DNA of 54,219 nucleotides, taken from positions 1 to 54,219 of the IMG/VR virus record IMGVR_UViG_3300037493_001441; one strand, 5' to 3'. This DNA is from a virus. Its lineage: Duplodnaviria > Caudoviricetes. Within the stretch, counting starts at the first letter, position 1, and every line of letters begins with the position of its first letter. This document shows, piece by piece, positions 8,704 through 17,141 of this stretch. The notes under the pieces were generated by a model. The model had not been told where the DNA came from. It did no database searches and worked only from the letters and a program-made list of their open reading frames with translations. A program made the translations under genes and the position numbers.

Positions 8704-9609
8704 TTAGGCTCCTTGCATGTAGCTGAGTGGACCCTGCGCCTGGGGTGGTATGTCTTGTGTGGGTGCGCTGCGCTTCTGCTCGCGCAGCTTGGCGCGCAGT
8801 TCATCGAGCTTGGCGATACCTGCCTGCGTGTTGCCGTCACCGAGCGCGGATACCGTCTCGGCGTCCAACACATACTCGCCGGGTGACAGTCGTGCTTCAA
8901 TGAGATCTGACTGACCACCATCATCGCCCCGCACCGCGCCAGAGAATGCCTGGCTCAGAGCCCCTGGAGCCTCTTGCATCTCGGCCGGCCAGACCTCGCC
9001 GCCCTCTGCGTAGGTCTGGCCCTTTGCGATGGGCTGCTGCATGTCAGCGGCGTAGACCCGCTGCAGCGCGCTGCCGGTCTGCATGGGCCGCTGCATCATG
9101 GCCAGCGTCTCGGGTGTGAAGGACTGAGCGCCACGGCTGGGCATCCCCGCACGGAGGTCGGCAATAGACTTAGTGCCCTCGGGCTTGTTTGTTAAAGCGC
9201 CAATGGTTCCAATACCCGCTCCGGCTAGTCCCAGAATCTTAGACCAGTCATAGCTGCCATCAGGGTTCTTCAGCTTCAGGCCGGTGGCGAACTTGTCCCA
9301 GGTTGAACCGTCGTCGGCGGGGATATCACTGCCGGGGGAGATGTTTCCCAGACCTCGTGTCGGGTCCCCCTTGGCCATGTCTCTCAGCCGGTTTGTCTCT
9401 GCGTCGTTCTGGTTATCGTCTGTTATGTTACCTCTACCAGATGGGTCATCATACCCATAGGCATTGCGCCCCTCATGGCTGTAGTTCGGCCCAGCGTCTT
9501 GATTATTATTACCCTCATTGGAGTAGTTCGAGCTGGGGTCGTCTTCCCAATACCCGTCGACCGGGTTGCCGTCTTCATCGTAGGATGTTGCCACGAATTT
9601 TGCTGCCAT
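8704..9609 (-). CDS. Internal virion protein with YAEGGEV and GGQSDLIEARLSPGEYV domain
   Basis: GAGGT RBS before ATG 9609; motif resembles that of tape-measure C-termini. Confidence 0.7.
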   Translation of the reverse strand: MAAKFVATSYDEDGNPVDGYWEDDPSSNYSNEGNNNQDAGPNYSHEGRNAYGYDDPSGRGNITDDNQNDAETNRLRDMAKGDPTRGLGNISPGSDIPADDGSTWDKFATGLKLKNPDGSYDWSKILGLAGAGIGTIGALTNKPEGTKSIADLRAGMPSRGAQSFTPETLAMMQRPMQTGSALQRVYAADMQQPIAKGQTYAEGGEVWPAEMQEAPGALSQAFSGAVRGDDGGQSDLIEARLSPGEYVLDAETVSALGDGNTQAGIAKLDELRAKLREQKRSAPTQDIPPQAQGPLSYMQGA

Positions 9610-9614
9610 TGCTG

Positions 9615-9857
9615 CTACCTCACTGAGCCAATAAATTGTTCCGCCCAATCTGACCAGGTATCAAACCCGTCAGCCCCGGGAATATTCATAGCCGCAAGCT
9701 CAGGCACATAAAACAGCGCACATACCCACGTCTTCCACGAATCGTCATTATAAGGGGCACTGACCCCGAACTGGGCAAATTGTTCTGCCACCAATGCGCC
9801 CCACTCACTGAATTTTAACCCCTCGGGCAGAGGAAGGAAAGCGGCTACTTTGATCAC
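9615..9857 (-). CDS. Small Trp-rich virion-operon protein
   Basis: Overlaps upstream stop; WxxWA repeats. Confidence 0.65.
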   Translation of the reverse strand: MIKVAAFLPLPEGLKFSEWGALVAEQFAQFGVSAPYNDDSWKTWVCALFYVPELAAMNIPGADGFDTWSDWAEQFIGSVR

Positions 9858-11815
9858 TTGGTAGACCTTTCGTCACCTGGTTCAATACTGACCTGCACTT
9901 GCCCTTGCTCGTAGAACCCGCCCAGTGAGTTGCTGGTGAATTTTAGCTTCATAATCCGCGCCTGATCGCCCATATTCTGGAATGAATCTTCGGGAGCCAG
10001 CGTGTAGCTGTTGAGCACAGTATCCGCGTCTTCAGCGAATGATCGCCCGATGACATCACACTGAATATCGCCTATCTGATTCATGTCAGGCTCAAGGCGC
10101 AAAATCCGCGTCATACAGTCAACCATCTTGGGCACATCCTCAAATGGCCCGCCAACAGCAAATCCAAAGTTCTGAGACGTAAAGGAACTCTCAATGGGGG
10201 ATGTCTCCTGCCCTACTGTCTTGTCCCAGCCGTACTCATGTTGGTACTGGGTCACCAGTGTTTGGCTGACGGGGGTAGTCTGTACCTTAGCAGTAGCACT
10301 TGCAAGCCCAGTGAGTACGTCATTGATGACGAAAGTGCCTGTTATATTGTTCACATTTATAGAGTTGGTCAGCACGCGCACTGCAGTCCCTGTAGCACCT
10401 GACAGTGATCCTGTGACCAAGTTATTCTCAACAAATGCTGTGGTCATAGAGGTGAATGCCAGGATTGCACCACTCGCTACGCCGGTTGTATTGGTATTCA
10501 AGGTAATGGTCGTGGGGGTATGGGAAGACACCAGCGATCCGGTGACTACGCCCGTTCCTGACGCCTTCATCCCATCCACAATCCCTGTAGTTGACACAAA
10601 TGTCAGAACAGGGGAGCCCGCCAGCGTTGCAGCTGACGTTGTCAGGTTTAAGCCTGTGGCCAGCAGCGTTGTGCTCAGGGAGTCTTCGTGCCCAGCAAAC
10701 ACAGGATACCTAAACACCCCTGCCGGTGCACCTGCGGTGCGCTCCTTCACAGCATCGTACCATGTATTCTCGCGGTAGTTGAAGATAACTGCGTTGCCGC
10801 ACTCAGTGTCAGTGCCGCGTGGATAGAACCACCATATTTCGCCCCAGCGTGAAACCTTGACTCCGAAGACCTTGTTCTGGTAGGTGTAGTTCAGGTTGTC
10901 AAAGAAGTAGTTGCAGTTCATCTGGTTGGGCAGCTCTTGCACCACGCCGTTGTAGAACAAGAAGCGGTCGGTTCCCGGCCAGAAAAACTTGCCTTCGTGC
11001 TCCACCACTGCGTTCTTAGACATAATGGTTGTCGGGTTAGACAGCGTATCGTATTGCCATATCCGGGTGTCATTGGTAAACGAAACCCGAATCAAGCTGT
11101 CTAGGCTCCAAAACAGTCCTGACGGAGCCTGCGTGCCCCCACGCACAGGCGTACCGTAGATTATCTTTTGTGCCCCAATGTTATTGGTAGATGCGTAGTT
11201 TGCACCTCCGGTTGCCCAGCCGGTCCCGGCGCTGTAGTCATTGGCGTTGCTGTTGCGAATTAGACCGTTAGACCCATACACAAACAAAAATGGCGGGAGC
11301 ACGCAAACGCCGCCGGAGGTGCGGATTGGGCCAGTACCATCTGCAACCTGCACCAACGGATCATTAGAGGAGATGTCCCCTGCGTAAACGTATCCTTCCG
11401 CGTCGCTGGCAATGTCTTCAACGTCAGGCGAGCTCGCAGCTATGACCGCAGAGTACGTACCCCCGGTACTAGAATACATTGAGGTGTAGGACCAGTTGAG
11501 CAGCGGGTCTGTTACAAACCCTGTCGGGGTGCGGTCTTCGATATTGCCTGAAGATCCATCATTAGCAAACTTAACACGCTGAATACCCCATTGGCTAAAC
11601 AGGTGGGTGGAGTTGACACCACCTCGAGCGTCCATCATGACAGCGCGCACAGGGGCGTTGGCATGCTGTGTCATAGAACGGTAGCCGCCTATCTTCCGAG
11701 GCCGTCTGCGCTGCCACCGCACCCACACCCCATCGTTGTAGAACGGACTATCTAGGTCAGTGCCGTCACGACGGACGCCCGGTAGAGACTGGAACAGGTA
11801 GACTGGATCTGCCAT
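9854..11815 (-). CDS. Tail hub/nozzle (P22 gp10-like DNA stabilisation protein)
   Basis: PGVRRDGT, VRW...PRKIGG, EIWWFYP and YNYRE.TW-type motifs; Thr-rich insertion. Confidence 0.7.
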   Translation of the reverse strand: MADPVYLFQSLPGVRRDGTDLDSPFYNDGVWVRWQRRRPRKIGGYRSMTQHANAPVRAVMMDARGGVNSTHLFSQWGIQRVKFANDGSSGNIEDRTPTGFVTDPLLNWSYTSMYSSTGGTYSAVIAASSPDVEDIASDAEGYVYAGDISSNDPLVQVADGTGPIRTSGGVCVLPPFLFVYGSNGLIRNSNANDYSAGTGWATGGANYASTNNIGAQKIIYGTPVRGGTQAPSGLFWSLDSLIRVSFTNDTRIWQYDTLSNPTTIMSKNAVVEHEGKFFWPGTDRFLFYNGVVQELPNQMNCNYFFDNLNYTYQNKVFGVKVSRWGEIWWFYPRGTDTECGNAVIFNYRENTWYDAVKERTAGAPAGVFRYPVFAGHEDSLSTTLLATGLNLTTSAATLAGSPVLTFVSTTGIVDGMKASGTGVVTGSLVSSHTPTTITLNTNTTGVASGAILAFTSMTTAFVENNLVTGSLSGATGTAVRVLTNSINVNNITGTFVINDVLTGLASATAKVQTTPVSQTLVTQYQHEYGWDKTVGQETSPIESSFTSQNFGFAVGGPFEDVPKMVDCMTRILRLEPDMNQIGDIQCDVIGRSFAEDADTVLNSYTLAPEDSFQNMGDQARIMKLKFTSNSLGGFYEQGQVQVSIEPGDERSTK

Positions 11816-11816
11816 T

Positions 11817-12440
11817 TTACGGCCTTGTGAATACGATTGTGCGGTCTGCTTGGCGCTCTGAATTCTCTTGCTTAAGCCCACCACTGGCCGACTGGTACAT
11901 CTCTTCCCATACTGCTTGTCTTGCTGGGTTCTTTGTGTAGCGGCAGGCTTCCACCATGACAGCAGCAAGTAGTGCCTGTGGGGTGTTGAGCGTCATCCAG
12001 TTGGAGTCATTCGATGAGTTCAAGGGCTGCAGACGAGCATAGTACACAAGCTCAAAAGCGAACGCGGATGACGGCGCGGGGCCAAGTAGGAAGTTTGTAG
12101 CGTTGTAGTCTGCGTAGAACTTGGGTGCGTCTTGCAACGACTCGTTGGGCCAGTAGTTGCGCACATACTCCAAAGTCCGTAGGAACAATGGGTTGCGGTT
12201 GCCTGAGGCGTCAGTGTAGTAGAAGGAGATGGTCTCCTTCCAGTAGCTGGGCTTGGCCATGGTTGAGGTGGTCGGCAGCGTGCCTGACACCACGGCCTGG
12301 AAGCCCTGCTGCTTCATCTCCGTGGCAATACGGTTCTCGGCCAGGGCGATGAAGGTAGGCAGTTGTGCTGCGAACGCCGTATCAGTACGCTCGGCGTACT
12401 GCGGCACCAGCGTCAGCAATTGGGTGTAGGTGAAGTTCAT
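11817..12440 (-). CDS. Head-tail adaptor protein
   Basis: Y.QL...V..Y.ERTD..F..QLPTFI.LAENRI and P.FYADY motifs. Confidence 0.7.
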   Translation of the reverse strand: MNFTYTQLLTLVPQYAERTDTAFAAQLPTFIALAENRIATEMKQQGFQAVVSGTLPTTSTMAKPSYWKETISFYYTDASGNRNPLFLRTLEYVRNYWPNESLQDAPKFYADYNATNFLLGPAPSSAFAFELVYYARLQPLNSSNDSNWMTLNTPQALLAAVMVEACRYTKNPARQAVWEEMYQSASGGLKQENSERQADRTIVFTRP

Positions 12441-12443
12441 CGT

Positions 12444-13355
12444 CTACCCCTTAATAGCCTGTGTGAGCGCGCCGGGTTTATCCTGAAAATTGAACTGCGG
12501 TGCGGGAGTAGTCATGCGCTGCTGTTGACCCCTATACAGGGCATCAAGTACGGGGGTGTTGAATGCCCCGGCCTGCGGCTGGCTCCATCCTGTGAATTGC
12601 GAGTTGGCAATGCCGCCCGTGCCGGCCGTCTGCCCGGGCTGATAAAGTCCTGCTTGCGTTAATGGGCCTTGAGGCCGTGCGGGTCCCCATCCACTAAGAC
12701 TCGAGATATAGTCAATGGGTGGTGCAAGAATGGGAGTAACTGCGGGAACCGCGATTGCGGCCACTCGTGCGTCATGCGCAGCCTGTGACGCCGGTGTATC
12801 CCCCCCACCCCAAGAGTTTGGACTAGACGCTGCGACCTGCTGTTGCTGCTCAAATTGCGGTTGTGTGAGCGTGGTCGCACCCGCATTTAGCCATGCTGAT
12901 AGCGGGTCATTGCTTGCAGACGCCATCTTGGTTTCATACTGCTGGTATGTATCTGTCGGCATATCCGTCCAGTGGTTATATACCGACCCGGTGCCTCTGT
13001 TTGACCCGTCATTCTGGGTGACCGTATTTGTCGAAACAACTGGCTCTGCCGCTGCTGCTAGATTCTGTGCCAGACCCGGCGCGTGGCCCGTATCAGTCTG
13101 CGTCCCGTTAGCGTCCCAAGTCACCATGTTGCCAGTTGACGGGCTGATGAAATAGTTGTTGTCCTGCAGGGAGTTGTACGCGACTACCGGAGCGGCAGTA
13201 GGCGCTTCAGCCCCACCACCGAACGATGTCTGTTGCTGCGCTACAGGGAGTTGATAGCCGTCATACGTCAGCCCCATATCAGTCTGCGCCCCCGTCTCAT
13301 CCCACGTTACAGCATTACCCGTTGTCGGCGATTTGAAGAATCCAATTGCAGCCAT
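12444..13355 (-). CDS. Low-complexity protein with duplicated SPxTGNxVTWD repeat
   Basis: RBS present; internal 23-aa repeat; terminal GALTQ motif. Confidence 0.65.
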   Translation of the reverse strand: MAAIGFFKSPTTGNAVTWDETGAQTDMGLTYDGYQLPVAQQQTSFGGGAEAPTAAPVVAYNSLQDNNYFISPSTGNMVTWDANGTQTDTGHAPGLAQNLAAAAEPVVSTNTVTQNDGSNRGTGSVYNHWTDMPTDTYQQYETKMASASNDPLSAWLNAGATTLTQPQFEQQQQVAASSPNSWGGGDTPASQAAHDARVAAIAVPAVTPILAPPIDYISSLSGWGPARPQGPLTQAGLYQPGQTAGTGGIANSQFTGWSQPQAGAFNTPVLDALYRGQQQRMTTPAPQFNFQDKPGALTQAIKG

Positions 13356-13372
13356 GATTTATTCCCTTTGAT

Positions 13373-13858
13373 TTATTTAGTAGGCCAAGCATCAATCATC
13401 ATTTTGAGGTCGGATACATGTCCATCAGCCGCCGTTGAAACTCGGACAAGGTCTGTCGTGCAGAGGTCGAGTAGCTCGTATCCGGTATCGGCGTACTGAT
13501 ACTGGGTAGTGGTGGTAGGACCGGATAGACGATAGGAGGTACGGGTGGCTGCGGTGGACAAACGCAGGCTTGCAAGAGCAGCGTTAGCACTACTAATGTC
13601 AGCAAGCAAAGCAGTTTCGCGGCGTTGTGCGGCAAATTGGGCATCGAGTACCTTTCGTGTGAGTGATTCAGAGACTTCTGCTGACTTGGCGTTTGCAGTA
13701 GCGATTGACGTTTCGAGTTGAGCAACTTTTGTTTTGCCGACCTGTACGTCCAACACAAGACCAGTCTTATCCCAATGGAGTTTTACAGTCGTGACCATCA
13801 ACACTGCTATCAGAGCGGCGTAGGCAGACTTGGGGATGAGGTCAAGAAAGGTAAACAT
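13373..13858 (-). CDS. Rz-like inner-membrane spanin
   Basis: N-terminal TM segment, coiled coil, follows the lysozyme. Confidence 0.75.
   Translation of the reverse strand: MFTFLDLIPKSAYAALIAVLMVTTVKLHWDKTGLVLDVQVGKTKVAQLETSIATANAKSAEVSESLTRKVLDAQFAAQRRETALLADISSANAALASLRLSTAATRTSYRLSGPTTTTQYQYADTGYELLDLCTTDLVRVSTAADGHVSDLKMMIDAWPTK
13399..13644 (-). CDS. Rz1-like outer-membrane lipoprotein spanin (embedded in Rz)
   Basis: Signal peptide with lipobox LQAC, then a Pro-rich segment, in an alternate frame within Rz. Confidence 0.75.
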   Translation of the reverse strand: MPNLPHNAAKLLCLLTLVVLTLLLQACVCPPQPPVPPIVYPVLPPLPSISTPIPDTSYSTSARQTLSEFQRRLMDMYPTSK

Positions 13859-13861
13859 CGT

Positions 13862-14329
13862 TCACACTTGCTCCGTATCACTCAAAAACATAGCTTTTTC
13901 GTCGGAGCGTCGACGCGCAAGACCGGGCAGATGCTTACCTCCTGCCATGTCCCACTTTGCAAACTCGTCAGCCGCACCGAGATAGTCATGGCTGTTTAGA
14001 CGCTTGAGCATCGTTGATCCGCGCATGGCTCCAACGCCGCAGTTAAATGCAAAGTCCACCAGCGAATTAAACTGGCCCTGCGTTAGCGGAACGGCGGCAT
14101 ACTCACGCACACCACGCTCTGCAAACTCAATGTCTTTCTTGAGCAGTGCCTCGGCTTGTGCCTCATTGATCATCATACCCTCAACAACATCAGCGCCTGT
14201 ATGCCCATAGCCAATCGTTAAAACATTTGCAGGGCAGCGATATGCATCAAGGCGTAATCCTTCGGCCTTCATCATCATTTGTAGGCCCGAGTACGACATA
14301 CTCATTGCCCCATTCAAACAGTCTGTCAT
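13862..14329 (-). CDS. Endolysin, GH24 lysozyme
   Basis: EGLRLDAYRCPANVLTIGYGHT (E-x8-C-x5-T), FAFNCG and GLARRRSDE motifs. Confidence 0.92.
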   Translation of the reverse strand: MTDCLNGAMSMSYSGLQMMMKAEGLRLDAYRCPANVLTIGYGHTGADVVEGMMINEAQAEALLKKDIEFAERGVREYAAVPLTQGQFNSLVDFAFNCGVGAMRGSTMLKRLNSHDYLGAADEFAKWDMAGGKHLPGLARRRSDEKAMFLSDTEQV

Positions 14330-14565
14330 TCAGGTTTCTCCTTATCCATTTGCTGCTGCTTTTGATTGAGGGCCTTGCTGCCAAGTTCGTGCAGGACAAC
14401 AACCCCGCCGTATGTCAACCAAAGCCACTCCGTACCAGCACCGCGCCACGTCACAACCACGAAGGCAAACGTCATTGCTGCCTTGCCGATATTGCTCCAC
14501 AGCTTTGTCTCCCGCAGCCTGCCCGTCTTGTCGTCCGTCACCAAGTCTGATAGCTTCCATCTCAT
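14326..14565 (-). CDS. Holin-like small membrane protein
   Basis: Two hydrophobic segments and charged C-terminus, directly upstream of the lysozyme. Confidence 0.55.
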   Translation of the reverse strand: MRWKLSDLVTDDKTGRLRETKLWSNIGKAAMTFAFVVVTWRGAGTEWLWLTYGGVVVLHELGSKALNQKQQQMDKEKPE

Positions 14566-14855
14566 TTCAGATGCCACGATACTTGAGCAATAAAGCCAGA
14601 CGCAAGCATTCCCAACGCACCAACAGCCAGCCAGGCGATAATCTTTTTAGTGATTCCGCGCTTGTAACCGTCCATGATCTCTGCATCTTTTATCATCGTG
14701 AGGTGTGCTTTGCGATGACCATCAAAGTCTGGCTTGTGCAGATCATTTAGGACAAATGCACTTGTCATATCAGTCAACTTTGCGGAAATGTCTTTGAGTA
14801 GTGCAAGCACTTCATCGTCACTGGCACGGCAATTATTCGTTGGAGTTTCTGGCAC
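14562..14855 (-). CDS. Membrane-anchored hypothetical protein
   Basis: D.DGHRKAH motif and C-terminal TM segment. Confidence 0.6.
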   Translation of the reverse strand: MPETPTNNCRASDDEVLALLKDISAKLTDMTSAFVLNDLHKPDFDGHRKAHLTMIKDAEIMDGYKRGITKKIIAWLAVGALGMLASGFIAQVSWHLK

Positions 14856-15279
14856 GGCGCATCCCTTCGGCTAGGATGTACGGGCGTACCCAAATCCATG
14901 TTGCAAATAAGGCACTGGTGACTTCTGCGCTAATAGCCGCAGGCGGTGGGTATACAGCAATTAGCATGGACACCACGACAAAGACCCAAAGTGCGGCGTT
15001 GTATCCTGCAAAGTACCGGGCGAATCTGGAGTGGTAGTCCTCTTGGGCAACGATGGTGCTCTGCATCACACCACTAATCAGAAACAAAACTGCCCACGCT
15101 TCCTCGCGCATGACATGCTGCATCAGCAAATAGGTCGGTCGGCTAAAAGTGTCTCCATCCCACAGCAGCATGAGCGCCCATATAAACTCTGACAGTGCCA
15201 AGGACAATCGGACAGCGGTTAGGTTTGTGTCAAATAGGGCATGGCTGATTGCCCCCCAATAGCGATCTTGGCGTGTCAT
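14833..15279 (-). CDS. Four-TM membrane protein
   Basis: Four hydrophobic stretches. Confidence 0.6.
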   Translation of the reverse strand: MTRQDRYWGAISHALFDTNLTAVRLSLALSEFIWALMLLWDGDTFSRPTYLLMQHVMREEAWAVLFLISGVMQSTIVAQEDYHSRFARYFAGYNAALWVFVVVSMLIAVYPPPAAISAEVTSALFATWIWVRPYILAEGMRRARNSNE

Positions 15280-15569
15280 GTAGCAGCCCGAATAATCTTG
15301 ACGTTGCTGTAAACAACAACTGCATAAATCAGCGATATGACTACTAGAGCAACATCACCCACTTCAGCGTGATAGAAATACAGGGCTGCAACGAACGGGG
15401 CTTTCATCGCTACGATGCCGGGTATTAATCCAAGCCGTTTGAATATTGCTGCGGCAAACACATTACACTCTGCTCCCTTATTGCCGTTTATTGCAGTGTA
15501 GGTAGTAAATGCGTCCAGCATTTGCAGCGTCAGGACGATGACTAATAGGGTGATGTGTAGGTCGGTCAT
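15276..15569 (-). CDS. Membrane protein (DUF5658-like)
   Basis: LD..TT......G.E.N pattern with three TM segments. Confidence 0.6.
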   Translation of the reverse strand: MTDLHITLLVIVLTLQMLDAFTTYTAINGNKGAECNVFAAAIFKRLGLIPGIVAMKAPFVAALYFYHAEVGDVALVVISLIYAVVVYSNVKIIRAAT

Positions 15570-15883
15570 CTCATGTCCTCCGGTAGGTTGAACTTGGCGT
15601 GTTCGTATGCCCACTGGCAGTGACCTGTTTGCCCGAGCAGACTGAACCCTTTGTCAATCCATTTCTCTGAACGTCCGTAGAACTTCCCGTACTTTGTGCC
15701 CCTGTGTGCTGCGCTGCTGAAAGACTCGCTTGGATAGCTTCGCCCCAGAGTAAGGAAGGAAAATACGAAGCAATCAAAAGCGAAGAGAACATTCACAATC
15801 CGATCACGAATGGGGTTGGAGTCAGTAGGCGCACTGCGGCAAGTGCAGTTACGCCCCTGATAGCAAGTGGCCTTGTCGCACAT
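15566..15883 (-). CDS. Hypothetical protein
   Basis: CYQGRNC N-terminus; E.FSS.A.R...ID..F.....HC pattern. Confidence 0.6.
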   Translation of the reverse strand: MCDKATCYQGRNCTCRSAPTDSNPIRDRIVNVLFAFDCFVFSFLTLGRSYPSESFSSAAHRGTKYGKFYGRSEKWIDKGFSLLGQTGHCQWAYEHAKFNLPEDMR

Positions 15884-15915
15884 TTACAGGCCCTCCTTAA
15901 AGGAGAAAAACCCGG

Positions 15916-15945
15916 TTGCAATAGGTGGCAACCCTAAGATAAAAT
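15916..15945 (+). promoter_or_regulatory. Putative sigma70 promoter of the HNH gene
   Basis: TTGCAA-N18-TAAAAT, overlapped by a GGTTGC/GCAACC inverted repeat. Confidence 0.5.
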
Positions 15946-16015
15946 GACGAAGCCCCGAAGTGCTGAGAACACGACGAGGCTTCTGACCAAACCATTGTTT
16001 TAAAGGAACAACAGC

Positions 16016-16516
16016 ATGGCTACTGGCGATCTTAGCGTAAATCGTCTGCGCGAACTTTTCCACTACGACGAAACCACTGGCATATTTACCAGAATAGCGA
16101 ATCGCGGCAAGGGCAGGATTGGCAATGTGCTTAACTGCCTTGATAAAGAGGGCTACATTCAAGTAATGATAGACCGCAAGAAGTACAAGGCTCACAGGCT
16201 TGTGTGGCTTTACGTTTATGGCGAATGGCCTACGAACCACATTGACCATATCAACGGGGAGCCCGCTGACAATAGACTTGCAAATCTCAGAGAAGCCACC
16301 GACGCATTTAACCAACAAAACAGGCACTCCAAGAACGGCAAGCTTGGTACGTACTTCTCCGCAAGGCAAAACAAGTGGGTGGCGCGTATTGGCTTGAATT
16401 GGAAGATGGTTAGCCTCGGGTGCTTCGACACACAGGAGGCCGCGCACCATGCTTATTTGGAAGCAAAAGCTAGGTTGCATACTTTTAACCCTGAGCCTAG
16501 AGTATTTACAAAGTAG
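16016..16516 (+). CDS. HNH homing endonuclease with AP2-like C-terminus
   Basis: AHRLVW, IDHING..ADNRLANLRE and LGCFDT.EAAH.AY motifs. Confidence 0.9.
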   Translation: MATGDLSVNRLRELFHYDETTGIFTRIANRGKGRIGNVLNCLDKEGYIQVMIDRKKYKAHRLVWLYVYGEWPTNHIDHINGEPADNRLANLREATDAFNQQNRHSKNGKLGTYFSARQNKWVARIGLNWKMVSLGCFDTQEAAHHAYLEAKARLHTFNPEPRVFTK

Positions 16517-17123
16517 CAGCTAAAGCGAACAGATCGTCGATCTGGCTTTCAGTCATTCCAAGCAGTGCGCCCAACTGAGGCACAAGGCCGCTGTTACGTT
16601 CTACCGTGTTGCCGTACTCCCACTCTATGACAGCAGCGCTCTTCTGTGGCTCTGGCATGGATGCAATGGCGGTGCTTACGTCTGCGTACTTGCCGACTTG
16701 GAGCAGGGCCAAACGCGCTTGACGCATGGTGACTACACCAGTTGCGGTAACAGGCGCAGGAACCAAAGCAGTCAGTCGTGCAATCTCAGCTTGTAGCGGT
16801 GCGGTAGCTGCTGCCACTGCTGCGTCTTTGTCTGTGATGGCTTGGGCTAGTGCGGCTTCGGCTGTTGCTTTGGCTGTGAGTGCGTCTGTCTTTTGCGTCT
16901 GTGCCGTGGCGTTAAATGCTTGCACGATTTCAAGCAGTGAAGCGCCTGTAGGTGCAATCTCAGCAGCTACTTGACCGAGGTTTGAATAGCTGCGGGCTGA
17001 TCGCTCCTCTTTGAACTTCACACCGTCTTTGAACGTGGTGTTAACGTGCGTGACGTTGATAACGTCCAAGGCTGGAACGATGGTTAGCTCCGCGAGAACA
17101 GAGGTTTCGGTATATGTGGGCAT
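16506..17123 (-). CDS. Tail-fibre-associated protein
   Basis: VTMRQARLAL...IEWEY...IDDLF C-terminal domain; follows the fibre gene. Confidence 0.6.
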   Translation of the reverse strand: MPTYTETSVLAELTIVPALDVINVTHVNTTFKDGVKFKEERSARSYSNLGQVAAEIAPTGASLLEIVQAFNATAQTQKTDALTAKATAEAALAQAITDKDAAVAAATAPLQAEIARLTALVPAPVTATGVVTMRQARLALLQVGKYADVSTAIASMPEPQKSAAVIEWEYGNTVERNSGLVPQLGALLGMTESQIDDLFALAATL

Positions 17124-17141
17124 GGTTTAGATTCCTTTTGA

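Noticed and set aside
15884-16480. 198-aa minus-strand ORF that would keep the late operon continuous
   Set aside because: Antisense shadow of a clear HNH gene, with no recognisable motifs
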